Part shown: one piece after another, positions 59,661-64,000 of the stretch
Layout: every line of letters starts with the position of its first letter
How positions within the stretch are numbered: position 1 is the first letter of the stretch
From: Muriicola sp.
Lineage (GTDB): Bacteria > Bacteroidota > Bacteroidia > Flavobacteriales > Flavobacteriaceae
Length of the DNA stretch: 64,000 bases
Assembly (NCBI GenBank): GCA_041628355.1
Contig: JBFKPJ010000001.1
Coordinates: forward strand, 13,909-77,908
Direction of reading: 5' to 3'
Notes under the pieces: model-generated
Databases searched by the model: none
The model's input: the letters and a program-made list of their open reading frames with translations, nothing else
What the model was told of the DNA's origin: nothing
Program-made: the position numbers and the translations under genes

Positions 59661-59661
59661 T
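59614..59661 (+). terminator. Intrinsic terminator closing the candidate ncRNA
   Basis: AAAGCCATATCA...TGATATGGCTTT (12-bp stem) followed by TGTTTTTTT. Confidence 0.85.
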
Positions 59662-59710
59662 CAGTTCTTCATCCCGGAATCATTCTAATTCATTCCCGCT
59701 ATTTTATACC

Positions 59711-59740
59711 TTTGAGGCCTGTATTAAAATTGTATATTTG
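59711..59740 (+). promoter_or_regulatory. icd promoter
   Basis: TTTG (59711-59714), 18-nt spacer, TATATTTG (59733-59740), about 26 nt before the icd ATG. Confidence 0.7.
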
Positions 59741-59754
59741 CACGCCTGAGGTAA

Positions 59755-61989
<2,235 letters not shown>

Positions 61990-62067
61990 TTCTGAGGGCT
62001 GCGCAAAAGACAGGTGCATTTTGCTCTTTGATCCAACTAATGTGCTTTTCTTTTTTATTTTTAAAAA

Positions 62068-64000
62068 ATGTACCCGATAACCGCTGTGCAACGGCTTCTG
62101 CCGATCCTTATTTTTTTAACATGTACCTGCCTTTCCTCCCAGGAACGTTACACACTGAGCGGGACCGTCACAGAAGCTTCCAGTAATGAAGCCCTCATTG
62201 GGGTCAGCATCGTTATTCCCTCCCTGAAGACAGGAGTCTCTACCAACGAATACGGCTTCTTTTCCCTTACTCTGCCCAGGGGAACCTATGAGTTACAGAT
62301 CACCTACCTGGGATTCCAGGAGATTGTTGAGACCGTGGAGTTTGACAGGGATAAAAAAATGAACTTCCAGCTGAATGAAAAGGCTGAGGCGCTGGACGAA
62401 GTGGTGGTCACTGAGAACGTGGAGCAACTCAATATCCGAAAGCCACAGATGAGTGTCAACACCCTCTCCGCGCAGACCATCAAAGAGATCCCGGTTGTAT
62501 TGGGAGAAGCAGACATCATCAAATCCCTCATCCTCCTTCCAGGGGTAAGCAATGCCGGGGAAGGTGCTTCGGGATTTAACGTAAGGGGAGGTGCCGCGGA
62601 TCAGAACCTCATTCTCCTCGATGAGGCGACGATCTTTAACAGCTCTCACCTGTTCGGATTTTTCTCCGTCTTCAACCCTGATGCCATTAAGGACGTGAAA
62701 TTGTTCAAAGGGGCTATTCCCTCCCGATACGGGGGCAGGGTCTCCTCCGTGCTGGAGATCTTTCAGAAGGAAGGGAACAGCAAGGAATTCAAGATGAACG
62801 GAGGGATAGGGGCCGTGGCGAGCAGGTTGCTGGCCGAAGGTCCCATCGCAAAGGATAAGTCGGCCTTCCTCATAGGTGGGCGTGCTTCCTATGCCCATCT
62901 CTTCCTTCCCCTCTTCGACCTGGACAATACGGCCTATTTCTACGACCTGAACACCAAACTCAATTACAGGATTGACGATAACAACAGTCTTTTCCTCTCC
63001 GGCTACTTCGGGCGGGACGTATTTTCAATCTCCAACAGTTTTGAGAACATTTACGGAAACAGCGTACTTAACCTGAGGTGGAACCACCTCTTCTCTGATA
63101 AGCTCTTCAGCAACCTGTCCCTGATCTACTCCGACTTCTATTACGGCCTGGAACTCGACTTTGTCGGTTTTAAATGGAATTCCGGGATCAGGAACTTCAA
63201 TATCAAGTACGATCTGAAGAACTACCTCAGTGATACCTTCCAGGTGAATTACGGCCTGAACAACATCTACTACGTATTCAACCCGGGAAAGATCGTCCCC
63301 AACAGCCCTGAGTCCGGGATCCTGGAAGAACAGCTGATCGAGAAATACGCTGATGAATTTGCGGCCTATGTGGATGTGGAGCATTCCCTCTCCCCTTCCC
63401 TGAGCCTTCAATACGGCCTGCGCCTCAGCCATTTTATCCGCTTCGGGCAGGAGGAACTGAATGTTTACGTCAATGACAATCCGGTGATCTTCGACCCCTT
63501 CCTCCTCATTTACCGGGAAGCAACACCTACAGGGACCGTCTCTTCTTCCAGGGGAGATCAGCTGGCGAGTTACACCAACCTGGAACCCAGGCTGGCCCTA
63601 GCCTATACCCTGAGTCCGGAACAGTCCCTGAAAGCGAGTTATACCCGGATCGCTCAGTACCTGCACTTGTTGTCTAACACCAGCTCCCCTACTCCTCTCG
63701 ATGTCTGGACGCCCAGTGGCCCATTCGTCAAACCCCAGCTGTTAGACCAGTACGCCCTGGGCTACTTTCGTACCATATCAGACGGGGAATACAGCCTGGA
63801 GACAGAGGTATTCTTCAAGGACATCCAAAACCGGATCGATTATATAGACGGTGCCAACCTGATCGCGAATAATGCGATTGAACAGGTAATCCTGAACGGA
63901 GAAGCAAGAGCCTACGGCCTTGAATTGCTCTTTCGGAAGAATGAAGGGCGCTTTAAAGGATGGCTGGCCTACACCCTCTCCAGGTCCGAACAAAGGACCC
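62068..64000 (+). CDS. TonB-dependent receptor (runs off the window end)
   Basis: ATG at 62068: MYPITAVQRLLPILIFLTCTCLSSQERYTLSGTVTEASSNEALIGV...TNEYGFFSLTL; plug LLPGVSNAGEGASGFNVRGGAADQNLILLD. Not in the ORF track (no stop in window). Confidence 0.92.
   Translation, partial: MYPITAVQRLLPILIFLTCTCLSSQERYTLSGTVTEASSNEALIGVSIVIPSLKTGVSTNEYGFFSLTLPRGTYELQITYLGFQEIVETVEFDRDKKMNFQLNEKAEALDEVVVTENVEQLNIRKPQMSVNTLSAQTIKEIPVVLGEADIIKSLILLPGVSNAGEGASGFNVRGGAADQNLILLDEATIFNSSHLFGFFSVFNPDAIKDVKLFKGAIPSRYGGRVSSVLEIFQKEGNSKEFKMNGGIGAVASRLLAEGPIAKDKSAFLIGGRASYAHLFLPLFDLDNTAYFYDLNTKLNYRIDDNNSLFLSGYFGRDVFSISNSFENIYGNSVLNLRWNHLFSDKLFSNLSLIYSDFYYGLELDFVGFKWNSGIRNFNIKYDLKNYLSDTFQVNYGLNNIYYVFNPGKIVPNSPESGILEEQLIEKYADEFAAYVDVEHSLSPSLSLQYGLRLSHFIRFGQEELNVYVNDNPVIFDPFLLIYREATPTGTVSSSRGDQLASYTNLEPRLALAYTLSPEQSLKASYTRIAQYLHLLSNTSSPTPLDVWTPSGPFVKPQLLDQYALGYFRTISDGEYSLETEVFFKDIQNRIDYIDGANLIANNAIEQVILNGEARAYGLELLFRKNEGRFKGWLAYTLSRSEQRT

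Overview
Core-genome-type region of a Flavobacteriaceae (Bacteroidota) chromosome, judged from gene content and many TAnnTTTG (-7) promoter elements. It holds about 50 densely packed genes: yidC (partial), pyrG, guaA, bshC, cbpA/cbpM, corA, the zapB-like/zapA/6S RNA/rny cluster, a cysteine desulfurase, recQ, kdsD-like/tatC/lptB, secA, monomeric icd, two M14 peptidases and two TonB-dependent receptors. I found no transposase, integrase, prophage, CRISPR array, rRNA or tRNA. The most striking unexplained signal is a ~400-nt non-coding unit at ~59257-59660. It has its own consensus promoter and intrinsic terminator, nested long-range helices, duplicated c(UUCG)g hairpins and repeated CAUAC/AAGUAUGA modules, so it is a candidate large structured ncRNA, preceded by a perfect 24-bp palindrome. 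Secondary signals are two candidate sRNAs sharing a GGUUGGUUUUU-before-terminator motif, two unlisted small ORFs, Cys-free (zinc-less) RecQ and SecA motifs, and apparently leaderless mRNAs. All assignments come from reading the sequence and remembered family motifs; no searches were run.
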